Below, piece by piece: positions 1 to 10,413 of a stretch of 64,000 nucleotides of DNA; the first letter of the stretch is position 1; each line of letters starts with the position of its first letter. Source of the DNA: Candidatus Latescibacterota bacterium (lineage in GTDB: Bacteria > Latescibacterota > UBA2968 > GCA-2709665); assembly GCA_965222075.1 (NCBI GenBank), contig OZ244937.1:1536001-1600000 (forward strand), given 5' to 3'. A program made the position numbers and the translations under genes. The notes under the pieces were generated by a model. It was not told the origin of the DNA. It saw nothing but the letters and a program-made list of their open reading frames with translations, and made no database searches.

Positions 1-469
1 CCTCCGCGGCCTGCCTCGCCCCGCCCTGCTCGAAGTATCCGTGTTCCGGATCGTTGAGCCCGTACTCCACCATCACCGGTTGCGACATCCACCAGCCGTG
101 GCACAGACCGTCGCACAGCGGCTTCCAGGACGGGCCGTAGGGCGCATACGCCCGCCTGGCGGCCTTCACCCACTGCTCCGGCCCCGGCAGATCCGGAAAA
201 TACATCCGGAAATACGCCGCCGCGTACGTCAGCGCCAGAGCCGGGATCAGCTCGTGGTTCTGCCGGGGAATGTGCATGCTCACCACGCGGGGGCAGTGCC
301 ACACATGATGCCAGCCCTCCGCGCTCTCCGCCCACCCGTAAATGAACCGGGTAATCGCAAGCCGCTCCGCCTCACTGAACAGATTCATAGGCTCAACCAG
401 CCGCCAGGGCTGCAGCCGGTTCAAGCTGTTGGGAATCGTTTCGGAACGCGCTCCGATGCCGCCGTACAT
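1..469 (-). CDS. N-terminally truncated paralog of the heparinase-like/beta-propeller family; runs off the window edge
   Basis: Manual translation from the ATG at 469 (MYGGIGARSE...EAERLAITRFIYGWAESAEG...IPRQNHELIPALALTYAAAYF) matches the central RQNH region of 471-3761 and 47091-50786. Confidence 0.6.
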   Translation of the reverse strand, partial: MYGGIGARSETIPNSLNRLQPWRLVEPMNLFSEAERLAITRFIYGWAESAEGWHHVWHCPRVVSMHIPRQNHELIPALALTYAAAYFRMYFPDLPGPEQWVKAARRAYAPYGPSWKPLCDGLCHGWWMSQPVMVEYGLNDPEHGYFEQGGARQAAE

Positions 470-470
470 C

Positions 471-3400
471 CTATACAAAGCATTCCACCACCCCGTCCCG
501 CCGGCCCACCACCAGTCCACCCTCGGACCACGCCGCCGCTGCCGTCGCCTCCACCCGCTCACCGCCCGACGACCGGATCTCTCCCCCTGCTCCCAGAGCC
601 ACCACCCTCCCATCCCCAAGCGCCACCAGACACCCTCCAGAATCGTCCGGAGACAATCCCACCACAGGCTCCACCAGAAACCGGCTCCACAAACGCCTGC
701 CATCCGACTCGAAACACTGCACATACCCATTCGACGCGCCCGCATACACCCGTCCGCCGGACGCCTCAACCGACAGCACCGCACCCCCAAAATCCGCATC
801 CCACAACACCTCGCCATCCCCACCATACACAATCAACTGCCGGTGGTTCGTATCCACACCACTGAGCACCTCTTCCCATCCATCCCCATCCACATCCCCC
901 ACACAAAGACACTTCGACCACGACGGAATCGACCAGCTCATAATATCCGGTCGCGACAACGTCTGCACACACGTCCCGTCCGACCCATACACCCGAACAC
1001 AACCGTGAATCGAAGGGTCCGCCAGACCCGCCAGCACACGCGCCCCCTCCTTTAGTCGCGCCACCTCCAAACACGTCGGCGGACCCCACTGGCAGGCCGA
1101 ACGCCAGATCAGCTCGCCCCCCTCGCCAAACACATAAACGTGACGGTCCGCACATCCCGCCAGAATCTCCTCCTTCCCATCCCCATCAATATCTCCCGCC
1201 GCCAGACTCAGCACCTGACAGTTCAGCCACGTCCAGTAATCCCAGTTCATCGGCTGCCACTCCAACTGATGGGACCACACCTCCTTGCCCGACCCATCCA
1301 GCCGATGTACCACCTCAGCCTCTCCACCGGCAACCACCCCTCCGTCCGCCAGAGCCAGGACCGTCCGGATCGCTCCGGAAGCCCGATAGGTCCACCGTAT
1401 CTTGCCCTCTCGATCAAATGCCGTGATCCCTCCCCGGTCATCGCCTGCGCAGCATCCCCCTTCCCACACATCCATCGCCGTGACGGCTGACCCGCACGAA
1501 CTGCGCCACACAGGCTTCGCGTCTCCTTGCACAGGTGCAAACGGCCCTGCGTCTGACGCGTCCAATGCGCTGCCTGCGGTGGGAAGGATCGCTGCATCCC
1601 CCTGTACCTCAACCGCGCCACCGCCCTCCGCAAACGAGATCACCACCTCTGTCCCTTCACCTTCAACCCGGTAGCCCGATGCTTCCGGAACCAGCGCATA
1701 CTCCCGGGGATGCTCCCGATCGTCACTCCAGAACAGGGTGGCAAATCTCACCCCCTCACCCACATCGAGCCGAACCAGAGAACGCTGGACCCACCGCAAC
1801 CCCTCCTTTGCCAAAGCAGAAGCCACCGGAATCAACGCTTGAGATCCGCTTCCCACATGCTGCATCGTCAACCGCGCATCCCCCTGAACCGAACGCAGCA
1901 CCCCATCCGACAGCGCCACCTCGCCAAGCACGTGCCAGCGACCCTCAACCAGAAACTCCCCTTCCACCTGCGCCCAAATCTCGTCAACCACCAGGAACCA
2001 CCCCGCCTTGCCGTGCACAACATGACGATACCAGTCGCCCTGGCCCGGATACCCCATCGACGTGCCCGCCACCGAAAGGCGCTCTCCTTCCTGGAGATAC
2101 CGCAGCGACGCATACCTGGACTCACAGCCCGGACCGGCCCCATCCACCGCGATGTTCACCCCGTTGTGATCCCGCACCGACGCGGGTCCCACACGCCCCC
2201 CGAACCAGTTCTGTCCCCGGCCGGTATACCGCACAATACAGTTGCCGTCCTGATAGGAATGGGACCCGCCCGAAATCCCGCACAGCAGCAGATAGTCGTC
2301 TTCATCCGTCCAGCCCGAACGGAAAAACACCTTATCGAACGCCTGCTCAAACAGCACGTCGCGCAGGTACACGCCCTCGGGCGCGAAACCGCTAAACCCC
2401 TCAAGCGAATCGTAGAACAGTCGCGAGAGCGGAGCCACGCCCACTCGTCCCAGCCTCTCCGGCGCCACGGCCGCACGTCCCGTCACCCACGTCCGGAACG
2501 GCTCCACCTGATGCCGCACCGCCTGCCCGGCCAGGGCGTCTTCATCCGATACCCCGCAAAGCTGGAGGTACTCGTCGTTCCCCGTCACCGCCGCAGCCAT
2601 CAACAAATACTGCTGCGGCCCTCCTTCCAGGTTGCTGTGCGCAATCAGCGCCCGGTCCACTCCCTCCAGGTAAGGCTTGCTGGAGAAATAGTCCATCTTC
2701 CCCGAAGCCAGCGCATAATCCGCCGTATTGAACAGCGAAAACGCCCACTGGTGTCCCCACGAGTCACACACGGGCTTGTTCGACGTCATCTGGGGCGCGA
2801 AAAACACGTCGGCCAGCTTCATCCACCCCAGCCCCTCGGCAAGCCCATGTACCTGGTGGAAATACCGCCCTCCGTAAAAGAGATCCAGTCCCGACATCGT
2901 CTGGTGATTCTGCCGCACCTGGTCTACACCCACGTAATTTAGAAAACCGGGGTTGCCCGCGCCCTCCGTGGACCGGTAAAGCCCCAGGAAGGCCTCCAGC
3001 GTCTCCTCCCGCTGTTCTTTCGAAAGCCCCGGATGATTTTCCAGAATGGTGAACGGCAGCAGCATTGTCCTCAAAAAACCGTGGATCTGCGGCGGGTCCG
3101 GCAGGTGTCGCTCAAACCACCGCGTGCGGGCGAAATGGCAGACCTGTCGGCAGAACATCGCCATCAGCTCCTCCATACCGGTCTGCACCCCCAGCATCCC
3201 AATCTCGGAGATCGCCCACATATAGGTCCAGTCTCCCGGCCCGCTTGTAAACTCCCGTTCCAGCGCCTCATCGCCTTTGTTCAGCCGCTCTTGCGCCGGC
3301 TTCAGAGACAGGTCCGCCCACTTCCCCAGCTTCACCCGATACTGAAACGGAAGCACGGCTCCCTCCGCCTCGATCGTACGGGACAGCGCCTCCGCCGCCT

Positions 3401-3761
3401 CAGACACATCCTCCGCCCGGCTCACGCCCACCACAACCACGTGCCCCACGCCGTCTAAGGAATGAGGCGCCGTCCGGATCGCCCACCCTCCCGGACCCGG
3501 CCACACCCGGTCGGTCAGATCGTAGGCCCGGAAATAGAGCGTTCTCAAAAACGCGCTGTCCATCATATTCCCCAGCGCAATCACATGGCGTCCATCCGCG
3601 TCAAGCCTCTCGTCCGGCAAAATCTCTACCCTGTGCGAAAGCACCCCTTCCAGGGCGGATTGCAGGCGATGCGCTGCTGCCTGATAAGGCTCGGCCTCAG
3701 GCGCCGAAATACAGACGCCCGAAGTTAGATCCGTTTTGTGAATCGGTTTGGAGAACATCAT
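471..3761 (-). CDS. Heparinase II/III-like lyase with C-terminal PQQ/FG-GAP beta-propeller (1096 aa)
   Basis: Long ORF with RQNHQ, FDKVFFRSGW, GGSHSYQDGN motifs and C-terminal GDIDGDGKEEI repeats. Confidence 0.75.
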   Translation of the reverse strand: MMFSKPIHKTDLTSGVCISAPEAEPYQAAAHRLQSALEGVLSHRVEILPDERLDADGRHVIALGNMMDSAFLRTLYFRAYDLTDRVWPGPGGWAIRTAPHSLDGVGHVVVVGVSRAEDVSEAAEALSRTIEAEGAVLPFQYRVKLGKWADLSLKPAQERLNKGDEALEREFTSGPGDWTYMWAISEIGMLGVQTGMEELMAMFCRQVCHFARTRWFERHLPDPPQIHGFLRTMLLPFTILENHPGLSKEQREETLEAFLGLYRSTEGAGNPGFLNYVGVDQVRQNHQTMSGLDLFYGGRYFHQVHGLAEGLGWMKLADVFFAPQMTSNKPVCDSWGHQWAFSLFNTADYALASGKMDYFSSKPYLEGVDRALIAHSNLEGGPQQYLLMAAAVTGNDEYLQLCGVSDEDALAGQAVRHQVEPFRTWVTGRAAVAPERLGRVGVAPLSRLFYDSLEGFSGFAPEGVYLRDVLFEQAFDKVFFRSGWTDEDDYLLLCGISGGSHSYQDGNCIVRYTGRGQNWFGGRVGPASVRDHNGVNIAVDGAGPGCESRYASLRYLQEGERLSVAGTSMGYPGQGDWYRHVVHGKAGWFLVVDEIWAQVEGEFLVEGRWHVLGEVALSDGVLRSVQGDARLTMQHVGSGSQALIPVASALAKEGLRWVQRSLVRLDVGEGVRFATLFWSDDREHPREYALVPEASGYRVEGEGTEVVISFAEGGGAVEVQGDAAILPTAGSALDASDAGPFAPVQGDAKPVWRSSCGSAVTAMDVWEGGCCAGDDRGGITAFDREGKIRWTYRASGAIRTVLALADGGVVAGGEAEVVHRLDGSGKEVWSHQLEWQPMNWDYWTWLNCQVLSLAAGDIDGDGKEEILAGCADRHVYVFGEGGELIWRSACQWGPPTCLEVARLKEGARVLAGLADPSIHGCVRVYGSDGTCVQTLSRPDIMSWSIPSWSKCLCVGDVDGDGWEEVLSGVDTNHRQLIVYGGDGEVLWDADFGGAVLSVEASGGRVYAGASNGYVQCFESDGRRLWSRFLVEPVVGLSPDDSGGCLVALGDGRVVALGAGGEIRSSGGERVEATAAAAWSEGGLVVGRRDGVVECFV

Positions 3762-3883
3762 ATCACAATCCTTTCTACGGGCCTCAAGCCCTCCGAACAG
3801 ACCCCATCCTCATTGCCCGGAACAGGCCTGCCGTTTCATTTTTCTCCCTTTGAGGGCACCCCCCCGAAGCGCCTTGAAGACGC

Positions 3884-6800
3884 CTACCGGTACAGTTCAA
3901 ACGTACCATCCTTCCGTCCCACGAGCAGCCCCCCTTCCGGCGACGCCCACGCCGCTGCGGTCGCTTCCGATGTCCCTGCGTCTGTCGTCTTGATCTTTCC
4001 CGAGCCGTCCAGACTGACGACCGTTCCACCTCGCAAAGCCACCAGACACCCTTGATGTACATCCGGGGCCAAGCCGACCACCGGCTCGGCCAGAAACCGG
4101 CGCCACAGTCGGTTGCCCCCTGTGCCAAAACACTGCACAAATCCGTTCGATGCACCGGCATACACCCGTCCCTCAAAGGCCTCAACCGCCAGCACCGCGC
4201 CTCCCAGGTCCGCATCCCAGATCACCCCGCCATCCCGCCGGTACAGGATCAACTGACGGTGGTTGGTATCCACTCCGCTGATCACCTCTTCCCGGCCGTC
4301 CCCGTCCACATCCGCTGCCCGCAGACATCTGGACCAGGAGGGAATGGACCAGCTCACGATATCCGGACGCGAAAGGGTCTGCACAAGCGTCCCGTCCCTC
4401 CCGTAAACCAGGGTGTGTGCGTGGATGGCGGGGTCTGCCAGCCCGGCGAGCGTCTGCTGCTCCGGTCCCTCCATCAACCGCGCCGTGACCAGACACACCG
4501 GCGGCCCCCATTGACAGGCCGACCGCCACAGCAGGTTGCCCCCATCGTCGAACGCATAAACGTGACGGTCTGCGCACCCCGCCAGAATCTCCTCCCGGCC
4601 ATCCCCGTTGATATCACCGGTCGCCAGGCTCAGAACCACGCAGTTCTTCTGCGTCCAGCTATCCCAGTTCATCCGCTGCCACTCAATCCGATAGGACCAG
4701 ACCGCGTCTCCGGAAGCATCCAGCCGGTACACGGTTTCCCGGTCACCTCCCACCGCCACGCCCCCATCTTCCAGGACCGCAAGCGCCCGGACGCCGCCTC
4801 CTACCTCTCGCTTCCAGAGCACATCACCTTCCGGACTGAACGACGTAACCCCGCCGCCAACATCGCCCGCAACCCCCCACTCCTCCCCGATGTCAAGCGC
4901 CGTCACATGTTCTGCACACGTCGCACGCCATACCGGCCTCGCTTCACCGCCCGCGATTCGGAAGGGCGCCGCATCGGACGCATCGGTGTTGCGGCCGGCG
5001 GCCTGTCTGCCTGCTTGCGCGCTGCGCGCAGGCAAGTGTGCGTGAGACAGCACGCACAGGCAGGTCGGCAGCGTCGCTCCGGCCGCCGTGACCTCCGGCG
5101 TCTCACCCCTCTCCGTGAATACAACCCTTACGGGTTCCCCTTCCCCTTCGATCCGAAAACCCGTATCCTCCTCAAGCAGACTGTAATCCCGGCCACCGTC
5201 AACCCGATCCGTCCAGAAGAGCGTCCCAAACCGGGTCCCCGTGCCAGGCTCAAGCTGCGCCACGGACCGCTGGACCCACCGCGAGTAGTCCTCCACACAC
5301 GCATCATCCGACGCAACCAGTTCATGCTGCCCACTCCCCACGTGCCGCATCCTCAACTGCGCCTCACCCTGAACCGAACACAACAGACCCTCGGCAAGCG
5401 TCACCTCCCCAAGCAGATGCCAGCGACACTCAACCAGAAACTCCCCTGTCACGTGTGGCCAGACCTCGTCGACGACCAGAAACCACCCTTCGCGGCTGTA
5501 CACGATATGCCGATACCAGTCCCCCTGCTCCGGATAGGTCATCGATGTCCCCGCTACGGACAGCGTCTCTCCTTCCTGAAGATACCGCAGGGCCGCATAC
5601 CTGGACTCGCAGCCCGGCCCGGAGCCGTCTACCGCAAGACTCACCCCCGTGTAACCCCGAACCGATGCGGGAGCGTTACCCCCGGAGCCTTTGAACCAGG
5701 ACGCTCCCCGGCTCGTGTATCGCACAATACAGTTGCCATCCTGATAGGAGTGCGAACCTCCCGAGATCCCGTCCAGCAGCAGATAATCGTCTTCTTCCGT
5801 CCATCCGGACCGGAAAAACACCTTGTCAAACGTCTGGTCGTAGGGCAAATTGCGCAAATACACGCCATTCTCGGGCGCAAACGTGGTATAGCTCTCAATC
5901 GAATCGTAAAACAATCGGGACAGGGGGGCCGCGCCCACCCGACCCAGCCTTTCCGGCACCACCGCCTGCCTTCCCGTCACCCACGTCCGCAGGGGCTCTT
6001 CAAACACCCTCACCGCCCGTTCTACCACCGCGTCCTCATCGGACGTTTCACACAGCTGCAGGTACTCATCGTTCCCCGTCACTGCTGCAGCCATCCGGCA
6101 ATACTGTTCCGGTGCGCCTTCCAGGCTGCTATGCGCAATAAGCGCCCGGTCCACACCCTCCAGGTAGGGCCGGCTTGAAAAGTAGCCCATCTTCCCCGAG
6201 GCCAGCGCATAGTCTGCCGTGTTGAAAAGCGAGGCGGCCCACTGATGCCCCCAGGAGTCGCACACGGGCTTGTTCGAAGCCATCTGGGGCGCAAAGAACA
6301 CCTCGGCCAACTTCATCCATGCCAGCCCCTCCGCAAGTCCGTGCACCTGGTGGAAATACCGTCCCCCGTAAAAGAGGTCCAGCGCGGATCGGGTCTGATG
6401 ATTCTGGCGAACCTGGTCAACACCCACCTGGGCCAGCAGTCCCCTGTTTCCCGCCCCCTCCGCGGATCTGAAGAGACCCAGCAACGCGTCCAGCGTCTCC
6501 TCCCGCTGTGCGTTTGGGAGACCGGGATGGTTTTCCAGAATCGAAAATGGCAGCAACAGAATCCGGATGAACCCGTGGATCAATGTCGGGTCCGTCAGCT
6601 CCCGCTCAAACCAGCGGGTGCGGGCAAAGTGACAGACCTGCTGGCAGAACATCCCCATCAACCCCTCCATCCCGGTCTGCACCGCCAGCATCCCGATATC
6701 GGCCACAACCATCATATAGGTCCAGTCTCCCGATCCCCCACCAATAGATTCTTGCTCCAGATCCCGATCTCTCCTGGCCAGCATCTCGCGCGCCGGCGTC

Positions 6801-7258
6801 AGATACAGATCCGACCATCTCCCCAGCTGCACCCGATACTGAAAGGGCAACACAGGCCCACTTGCCTCGATCACCCCCCCCAGCGCCTCCGCCGCCCCGG
6901 ACACATCCTCCGCCTGGCTCACACCCACCACAACCACGTGTCCCACGCCGTCTAAGGAATGAGGCGCCGTCCGGATCGCCCACCCTCCGGGACCCGGCCA
7001 CACCCGGTCGGCCAGATCGTAGGCCCGGAAATAGAGTGTCCGCAAAAACGCACTGTCCATCATATTCCCCAGCGCAATCACATGGCGTCCATCCGCGTCA
7101 AGCCTCTCGTCCGGCAGAACCTCTACACGCCCTGAGAGCGTATCCTCCAGAGCCGCCTTCAGGCGCCCGGCTGCTTCCTGATAAGGACCTGTCGCAGGTG
7201 CGGAAATACAGACCCCTTCCGCCAGATCCGTCTCGTGAACCGCAGGTGAAAACACCAT
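3884..7258 (-). CDS. Tandem paralog of 471-3761 (1124 aa) carrying a 63-bp in-frame palindromic insertion
   Basis: Colinear with the neighbouring protein over its full length; extra CLCVLSHAHLPARSAQAGRQA between LPT and AG. Confidence 0.8.
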   Translation of the reverse strand: MVFSPAVHETDLAEGVCISAPATGPYQEAAGRLKAALEDTLSGRVEVLPDERLDADGRHVIALGNMMDSAFLRTLYFRAYDLADRVWPGPGGWAIRTAPHSLDGVGHVVVVGVSQAEDVSGAAEALGGVIEASGPVLPFQYRVQLGRWSDLYLTPAREMLARRDRDLEQESIGGGSGDWTYMMVVADIGMLAVQTGMEGLMGMFCQQVCHFARTRWFERELTDPTLIHGFIRILLLPFSILENHPGLPNAQREETLDALLGLFRSAEGAGNRGLLAQVGVDQVRQNHQTRSALDLFYGGRYFHQVHGLAEGLAWMKLAEVFFAPQMASNKPVCDSWGHQWAASLFNTADYALASGKMGYFSSRPYLEGVDRALIAHSSLEGAPEQYCRMAAAVTGNDEYLQLCETSDEDAVVERAVRVFEEPLRTWVTGRQAVVPERLGRVGAAPLSRLFYDSIESYTTFAPENGVYLRNLPYDQTFDKVFFRSGWTEEDDYLLLDGISGGSHSYQDGNCIVRYTSRGASWFKGSGGNAPASVRGYTGVSLAVDGSGPGCESRYAALRYLQEGETLSVAGTSMTYPEQGDWYRHIVYSREGWFLVVDEVWPHVTGEFLVECRWHLLGEVTLAEGLLCSVQGEAQLRMRHVGSGQHELVASDDACVEDYSRWVQRSVAQLEPGTGTRFGTLFWTDRVDGGRDYSLLEEDTGFRIEGEGEPVRVVFTERGETPEVTAAGATLPTCLCVLSHAHLPARSAQAGRQAAGRNTDASDAAPFRIAGGEARPVWRATCAEHVTALDIGEEWGVAGDVGGGVTSFSPEGDVLWKREVGGGVRALAVLEDGGVAVGGDRETVYRLDASGDAVWSYRIEWQRMNWDSWTQKNCVVLSLATGDINGDGREEILAGCADRHVYAFDDGGNLLWRSACQWGPPVCLVTARLMEGPEQQTLAGLADPAIHAHTLVYGRDGTLVQTLSRPDIVSWSIPSWSRCLRAADVDGDGREEVISGVDTNHRQLILYRRDGGVIWDADLGGAVLAVEAFEGRVYAGASNGFVQCFGTGGNRLWRRFLAEPVVGLAPDVHQGCLVALRGGTVVSLDGSGKIKTTDAGTSEATAAAWASPEGGLLVGRKDGTFELYR
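5002..5064. repeat. Nested CCTG...CAGG palindromic element (36-bp outer + 27-bp unit A at 5010-5036), in frame
   Basis: cctgtctg[cctgcttgcgcgctgcgcgcaggcaag]tgtgcgtgagacagcacgcacaggcagg; absent from paralog 471-3761. Confidence 0.92.
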
Positions 7259-7261
7259 CGT

Positions 7262-7378
7262 TCAGCCCCTTTCGTATGACTCGCTAACCTCGTAGCGCAC
7301 AACAATCAGACGCCCGGGACCGTGCACGCCAGGCGTCAACGTAAATTCAATATCGGCCGTTTTGCCCGGACCACTGAT
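7262..7378 (-). pseudogene. lutC: Duplicated 3' end of lutC
   Basis: 7285-7378 matches 17909-18002 with 5 mismatches in 94 bp; translates ISGPGKTADIEFTLTPGVHGPGRLIVVRYEVSESYERG*. Confidence 0.85.
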
Positions 7379-7839
7379 CATGATAAACCGGAGAGGAGAT
7401 GACCACTGTCGGTCGGCGTTTGATGCCCCTCACGCCAGGGGAGTCAAGCACCACCATGTCGCCCAGATTAAACAAGATTCTCCCCCTATGGGTAGAGTGC
7501 CGCCGCGTACTGTAAGGCGAGATCCTCGATCTCCTTTGTTGGTTGCAATTGCCTTTAGTCGCTTAGCCGCTCCGTTGGCTAAAGTCCAGTTGGAAGGAGC
7601 GCTCAAATTGGTCTTGACAATGGGGGCCACTTTAGCAAACATTGCTTTGGCAAAACCCCAATGCAGACCTTCCTCGACTCAAAGCACTTGAGTCAGGAGA
7701 AAATGTTGGATAACTTACAGCACAAACGTCAGCCCTTGGCTGCTGTCGGATAACTCGCCACTGTCAGATCAAGTTTTAGCGAGTACACTTCACAAAGAGC
7801 GCCGATAAATCTGACCGAATTGATGTCGAGAGAAGAAAT

Positions 7840-9672
7840 ATGTCCAGCCTCTGGAGATCCGTAAAGCAAGTCTTAGAGTATTATCCAAGATGTATAAAGC
7901 TGACTTGGCAGGCGAACCACCGTTATGCACTCTTAGCATTTATCTTTAGCATCTTCAGTTCTGTTGTACCAGCCGCTCAAGTGTGGATCTCCAAAATTGT
8001 CATTGATACGGTGGTTCAATTCCTTAGCAACACCACGGCAGATATCACAGTAGACTGGTTCAAGCTTCTGTCACCGATTGGAGGCGTCTTAGTCATCTGG
8101 ATGATCGGTGGTATCTGCCAATCTGTGTCAAACACTCTAAACGAACAAATCGGGTTCTACACACGAAATTACTCTCAATACCTGATTTTAAGCAAGGCTT
8201 CTCGATTGGATCTAGCCTTCTTCGAAACACCCAAGTTCTTCGATGAAATGGAAAAGGCCAGGAGTGAGGGATATCGGGCCAACAATCTTGCTGTTCTTTC
8301 CGTGAGAATCATTTCGTCAGCTGTTTCAGTGATATTAATGATTGTCCTTCTTCTCGAAGTTCATTGGGCAACAGCCATCATTCTTCTGGTCACTACCACG
8401 CCTCAAGTGATTGTTGGTGGTTATTACGCGGGAAAGCGTTTCGGTCTTGTAGGTGCTGTGACCAGAGAACGACGGGTGGCGGATTATTTGTCGAGGCTCC
8501 TGGGATCCCGAGATGCCGTAAAGGAAATCCGCCTTTTCGGCCTTCACAGTGAGTTCCTGAGGCGGTTCAATGACTATTGGAGAAAGTTCTCAAAACAGAC
8601 GATCCATCTTCGCTTCGCCCAAGAGCGATCAGCTTTCCTTTTCGGCCTTCTTTCAATGGTAGGTACAGCCTCGATCTGGGCATACGCTGTAATCCGAGCT
8701 GTAGGTGGACATATAACGGTTGGCGACGTTGCACTCGCCTTTCAGGCGGCGGAGCGTGGCAGGTCAGGACTCGATACCCTTTTCCGGAATCTGGGTCAAT
8801 TCTACGAACATACTATCTTTGCGGGGAATCTCTTGCGGTTCCTCGACCTTGACCCTCGTGCCATTCAAGGATCTCTCGCACCGCCACCCGAATCTCCCCG
8901 GCCAATGCCCAAGAAGCTTATCGAAGGAATAGAATTTCGAAATGTGTCATTCCGCTATCCACACTCCGAGCGTGTCGTGCTCAAGAACCTGTCTTTTACC
9001 ATCAGAGCTGGCGAGTCTGTAGCCATTGTTGGGGAAAACGGTGCAGGAAAGACAACGCTCGTAAAACTCCTGGCCCGTTTCTACGATCCTACAGAAGGAA
9101 CCATCTACCTGGATGGCTGTGATCTACGCGAGTATGACTCAGAAGAACTGCGGCGTCATATCGGTATCATCTTCCAGGATTTTGTCCACTACGACTTTTC
9201 TGTCCGTGAAAACATCGGCTTCGGCCAGGTAGAGTTCATCGAAGACCAGAAGCGGATCGCTCGTGCAGCCGACAAGGGAGGTGCAGCCGAACTCGTGCAT
9301 TCTCTTCCTAACGGTTTTGATACCATACTTGGCAGGACATTCGACAAAGGAGTCGACCTTTCGGGCGGAGAGTGGCAAAAGATAGCGCTTAGCAGGGCCT
9401 TTATGCGAGAAGCACAGATATTGATTCTAGATGAACCAACTGCTGCTTTAGATGCGTTAGCTGAATATGAGATTTATGAACGTTTTGCAGATCTGACTGC
9501 CGGTAAGACGACAATATTTATCTCACACAGATTCTCAACAGTTAAAGTAGCCCATCATATTTTGGTTTTACAGGAGGGACGGTTAATCGAAAAAGGTACT
9601 CATGATGAATTAATGCTTTTCGATGGACAATATAAAAAAATGTTCAACGCTCAAGCTGAAAGATATAAGTGA
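7840..9672 (+). CDS. ABC exporter, fused permease/ATPase (610 aa), low GC
   Basis: N-terminal TM helices, GENGAGKT, LSGGEWQK, LILDEPTAALD, ISHR motifs. Confidence 0.92.
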   Translation: MSSLWRSVKQVLEYYPRCIKLTWQANHRYALLAFIFSIFSSVVPAAQVWISKIVIDTVVQFLSNTTADITVDWFKLLSPIGGVLVIWMIGGICQSVSNTLNEQIGFYTRNYSQYLILSKASRLDLAFFETPKFFDEMEKARSEGYRANNLAVLSVRIISSAVSVILMIVLLLEVHWATAIILLVTTTPQVIVGGYYAGKRFGLVGAVTRERRVADYLSRLLGSRDAVKEIRLFGLHSEFLRRFNDYWRKFSKQTIHLRFAQERSAFLFGLLSMVGTASIWAYAVIRAVGGHITVGDVALAFQAAERGRSGLDTLFRNLGQFYEHTIFAGNLLRFLDLDPRAIQGSLAPPPESPRPMPKKLIEGIEFRNVSFRYPHSERVVLKNLSFTIRAGESVAIVGENGAGKTTLVKLLARFYDPTEGTIYLDGCDLREYDSEELRRHIGIIFQDFVHYDFSVRENIGFGQVEFIEDQKRIARAADKGGAAELVHSLPNGFDTILGRTFDKGVDLSGGEWQKIALSRAFMREAQILILDEPTAALDALAEYEIYERFADLTAGKTTIFISHRFSTVKVAHHILVLQEGRLIEKGTHDELMLFDGQYKKMFNAQAERYK

Positions 9673-9804
9673 GGTTAGACCTCAATGGTTAAAGAAATCT
9701 ACAGTTCAGTTAATCATCCCTTTGTAGAACGACTAAAGTTTGGACAGGAATCGGCCTATCCAGCCGCGTGCCGCCGCACAACACGTTGTAAGCAATGTTA
9801 AGCA

Positions 9805-9858
9805 CCTGTCTGCCTGCTTGCGCGCTGCGCGCAGGCAAGCGTGCAACGCACAGGCAGG
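9805..9858. repeat. Nested palindromic element (27-bp unit B containing 27-bp unit A), in frame in the transposase remnant
   Basis: cctgtctg[A]cgtgcaacgcacaggcagg = 54 bp, adding ACLCVARLPARSAQAGRQ. Confidence 0.92.
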
Positions 9859-9982
9859 CGTGATCCGACTCATGATAGGACAGATGCACCTTCAACAAGG
9901 ATACCAACGCGTCGATGGTCTTGGCCGGACCCAACTTGGTGACCAGTCGATGCTCCGCCCCCATGCCTCCATAGCTCATCGT

Positions 9983-10027
9983 GCCTGCCGGCAAGGCAGG
10001 GGCAGGACGCAGGCAGGCGCAGGCAGG
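9983..10027. repeat. Degenerate cluster of the same CCTG/CAGG element family
   Basis: cctgccggcaaggcagg ggcaggacgcaggcagg cgcaggcagg: stacked CAGGCAGG ends. Confidence 0.6.
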
Positions 10028-10397
10028 TTGGAGTAGCGAATTCCGTCAGAATCCTGCTATCTCCAACAACGGTAAGCCTTTCCGGTCTTTTAGAACAGAG
10101 AAATCTCATCAATCACGCTTGTTTATGGGCTAGTGCAACTCGGCGAAAATAAACTACCAGTTTGGCCGCAAGTCATTCACCCGGAATTAAGCGATTTCGG
10201 TTCCGGATAACTGATGGGAAACTTCCGCCGAGCACCACTAGTTGATGTCTCCAGCGTTGGTGTGCCGGGTACACCCTCCGCTCCAATCTGATAAAAGGCT
10301 CCTTTATCCGCTTCCTCTTCGGTAGGCCGTTCCCAATAGCCGGCTTGAGATCCGGATAACTGATGGGTTTAAGCATCACATGATGTCAAGCGCTATC

Positions 10398-10413
10398 CCA
10401 ACACGTACAGCTC
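10398..10413 (+). repeat. 16-bp direct repeat, left boundary of the PHP-ATPase islet
   Basis: ccaacacgtacagctc, identical at 13778-13793. Confidence 0.8.

Larger units (their letters stand above)
9730..10133 (-). mobile_element. IS1380-like transposase remnant, interrupted by palindromic elements
   Basis: With the 54-bp insertion removed it reads LLKVHLSYHESDHVLNIAYNVLCGGTRL, which I recognise as an IS1380-family N-terminal motif. Boundaries are approximate. Confidence 0.6.

Noticed and set aside
4052-6178. Long plus-strand ORFs (708 aa here; also 48651-50768, 52107-54464, 57245-58759)
   Set aside because: Antisense shadows of GC-rich minus-strand genes, with Pro/Arg/His-rich composition and no recognisable motifs.
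7362-7691. Small ORFs as RiPP precursors for the ABC exporter
   Set aside because: No leader motif, RBS or modifying enzymes, and the transporter lacks a C39 peptidase domain.
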